Part shown: positions 62,878 to 64,000 of the stretch, piece after piece
Position numbering within the stretch: position 1 is the stretch's first letter
Layout of the letters: every line of letters starts with the position of its first letter
Source of the DNA: an uncultured euryarchaeote
GTDB taxonomy: Archaea > Thermoplasmatota > Poseidoniia > Poseidoniales > Thalassarchaeaceae
Assembly: GCA_937911265.1 (NCBI GenBank)
Contig: CALDRG010000063.1
Location: 5,862-69,861 of the forward strand
Direction of reading: 5' to 3'
DNA: 64,000 nucleotides
Program-made: the position numbers and the translations under genes
The notes under the pieces: generated by a model
Database searches by the model: none
What the model saw: only the letters and a program-made list of their open reading frames with translations
Told to the model about the DNA's origin: nothing

Positions 62878-64000
62878 ATGGGAGGTGCCGAGCGTGACTT
62901 GATGCGTAACCTCCCTGCGTTTGCTCGAAGGTTTTCGGTTAGCGTGGCAACGCTCCATCCTGTGCCAGAGCTAGAATCGCTCTGCTCAGGGCTCGGAGTG
63001 CCTCTGATATCCCCCGATGAGGCATGGGAAATGCCGACCGACGCACTCTCAACCGTGCTCGACTCAGGAAATGACACGGCCGCAAAGGCATGGCAAAGAT
63101 GCTCCGACCTTGCTGAGACGTTAGCCGCTTCGGATGCCGTCCACTTGGTCAGTGGAGACGGTAGCCTTGCTCTGCTCGAACACGTGCCCGATTCAGTGGC
63201 AGTTCACCTCCACCTGCTCGAGCCGCATCGCGGCCTACATGAGGATGTTCTCCACAGAGAAATCGATGGCTCGCCCAAACGCAGCCTAGGTCTGACAACC
63301 GCCCTGCTATCACGGGCGAGACGGCGTGACATTGAGGCCATCCGCGGTCTGACAGACAGACCATGCTCAGCAATTAGCGGCAACTCCAGTTACACCGCCG
63401 CTCGCATTGGCGAGGTTTACGGTGTCAAGGCAGGAGTGCTGCTACCTAGCGTCGTATCGGATGAGTTTCCTGCCGAGGCGGGGTCAGACGAGCCGACTGG
63501 GTCACAAGACATCGCTGCACCATACTCTGTGAGCGTGGGTCGGGCCGGCTGGGTGAAGGGCACATGGGAGACGGTCTCGATGCTGGCCGGCAGCGGAGTC
63601 TCACTTGTTCATGTCGGAGGCGGTGCTGCAGAAGACCTCGTGCATCTCACCCAACACGCTGAATCGTGCGGAGTTGGACTATGGATTGCCCCGCGCCTCA
63701 GTTCTCCTGAGATGGCATCGCTGATTCGGAGCGCTAGGGCTGTTGTAAGTATGGCTCATGGCGAGCCCTTCGGACTCACGCCGGTCGAAGCTTTCTCCGT
63801 CGGTACGCCAGCCCTCTTTGTCGACGAGGGCGGCTTCCGCGACACCGTGATCGACGGCGTGAACGGCCGCCTCCTGAAGCGGGGCGACCAAGCGGCCTGG
63901 CACTCCGCTCTCGAACAGGCCGCGGATGCACAGACCCGTGCCCGCTGGGCCGAGGCAGGCCGCTCTAGGATAGCGGAACTTGATCTCAGCCCAGAAGCCC
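62878..64000 (+). CDS. GT4 glycosyltransferase, 3' end outside window
   Basis: Frame is open to the window end. MGGAERDLMRN (GT4 N-terminal GGAE). Later ...HGEPFGLTPVEAFSVGTPALFVDEGGFRDTVIDGVNGRLL (GT4 EX7E region). Confidence 0.75.
   Translation, partial: MGGAERDLMRNLPAFARRFSVSVATLHPVPELESLCSGLGVPLISPDEAWEMPTDALSTVLDSGNDTAAKAWQRCSDLAETLAASDAVHLVSGDGSLALLEHVPDSVAVHLHLLEPHRGLHEDVLHREIDGSPKRSLGLTTALLSRARRRDIEAIRGLTDRPCSAISGNSSYTAARIGEVYGVKAGVLLPSVVSDEFPAEAGSDEPTGSQDIAAPYSVSVGRAGWVKGTWETVSMLAGSGVSLVHVGGGAAEDLVHLTQHAESCGVGLWIAPRLSSPEMASLIRSARAVVSMAHGEPFGLTPVEAFSVGTPALFVDEGGFRDTVIDGVNGRLLKRGDQAAWHSALEQAADAQTRARWAEAGRSRIAELDLSPEA

Noticed and set aside
1-64000. CRISPR arrays, IS elements, integrases, prophage genes
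   Set aside because: Scanned for short direct-repeat/spacer periodicity and for transposase/integrase motifs (DDE, tyrosine recombinase R-H-R-Y). None found. The only strong repeats are intragenic protein-coding repeats in the protease gene.

Overview
This 64 kb window looks like a chromosomal segment of an uncultured archaeon, plausibly a marine planktonic Euryarchaeota / Thermoplasmatota-like lineage, but that lineage call is low confidence. GC is about 58 percent and coding density is about 90 percent. The archaeal call rests on a RadA recombinase, RNA polymerase subunit K (Rpo6), a Hel308 helicase, the radical-SAM wyosine enzyme Taw1, a Trm5/Taw2-family enzyme, and an initiator tRNA-Met with an A1:U72 pair and GGG/CCC anticodon stem. 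I call about 53 CDS and one tRNA. I found no rRNA, CRISPR array, transposase or integrase.

Housekeeping content:
- thiolase (5' partial), rpoK, ctaA-ctaB (heme A synthesis, so aerobic respiration)
- a LeuA-type-2-like synthase, hel308, radA, pyrC-like, guaB, msrA, uvrC
- thiamine pyrophosphokinase, oligoribonuclease, Taw1 and Taw2-like

Accessory content is rich:
- four large exported or membrane-anchored proteins: a kexin/furin-like S8 protease with P-domain plus TSP3 and MopE-like repeats; a 1547-aa beta-helix/Ig-like protein; a 1045-aa unknown; an LVIVD-type beta-propeller lipoprotein
- many peptidases (M3 PepF, M29, M28, AstE/AspA-like, S9-like hydrolase)
- two glycosyltransferase loci, one fused in an operon with a MacB/FtsX-type ABC exporter
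- a pair of stand-alone RAM-domain proteins beside a wHTH-STAND-TPR ATPase
- an orphan retropepsin-like (RimK-associated family) gene followed by a tandem YbjQ/UPF0145 pair
- a JAMM/MPN+ metalloprotease next to the Trm5/Taw2-like gene

Compositional anomalies: a 128-bp region of about 15-20 percent GC between convergent genes, and a roughly 40 percent GC cupin gene.

I could run no searches. All functional calls come from motif recognition in the six-frame translations. Several start sites were moved inward from the longest-ORF coordinates.
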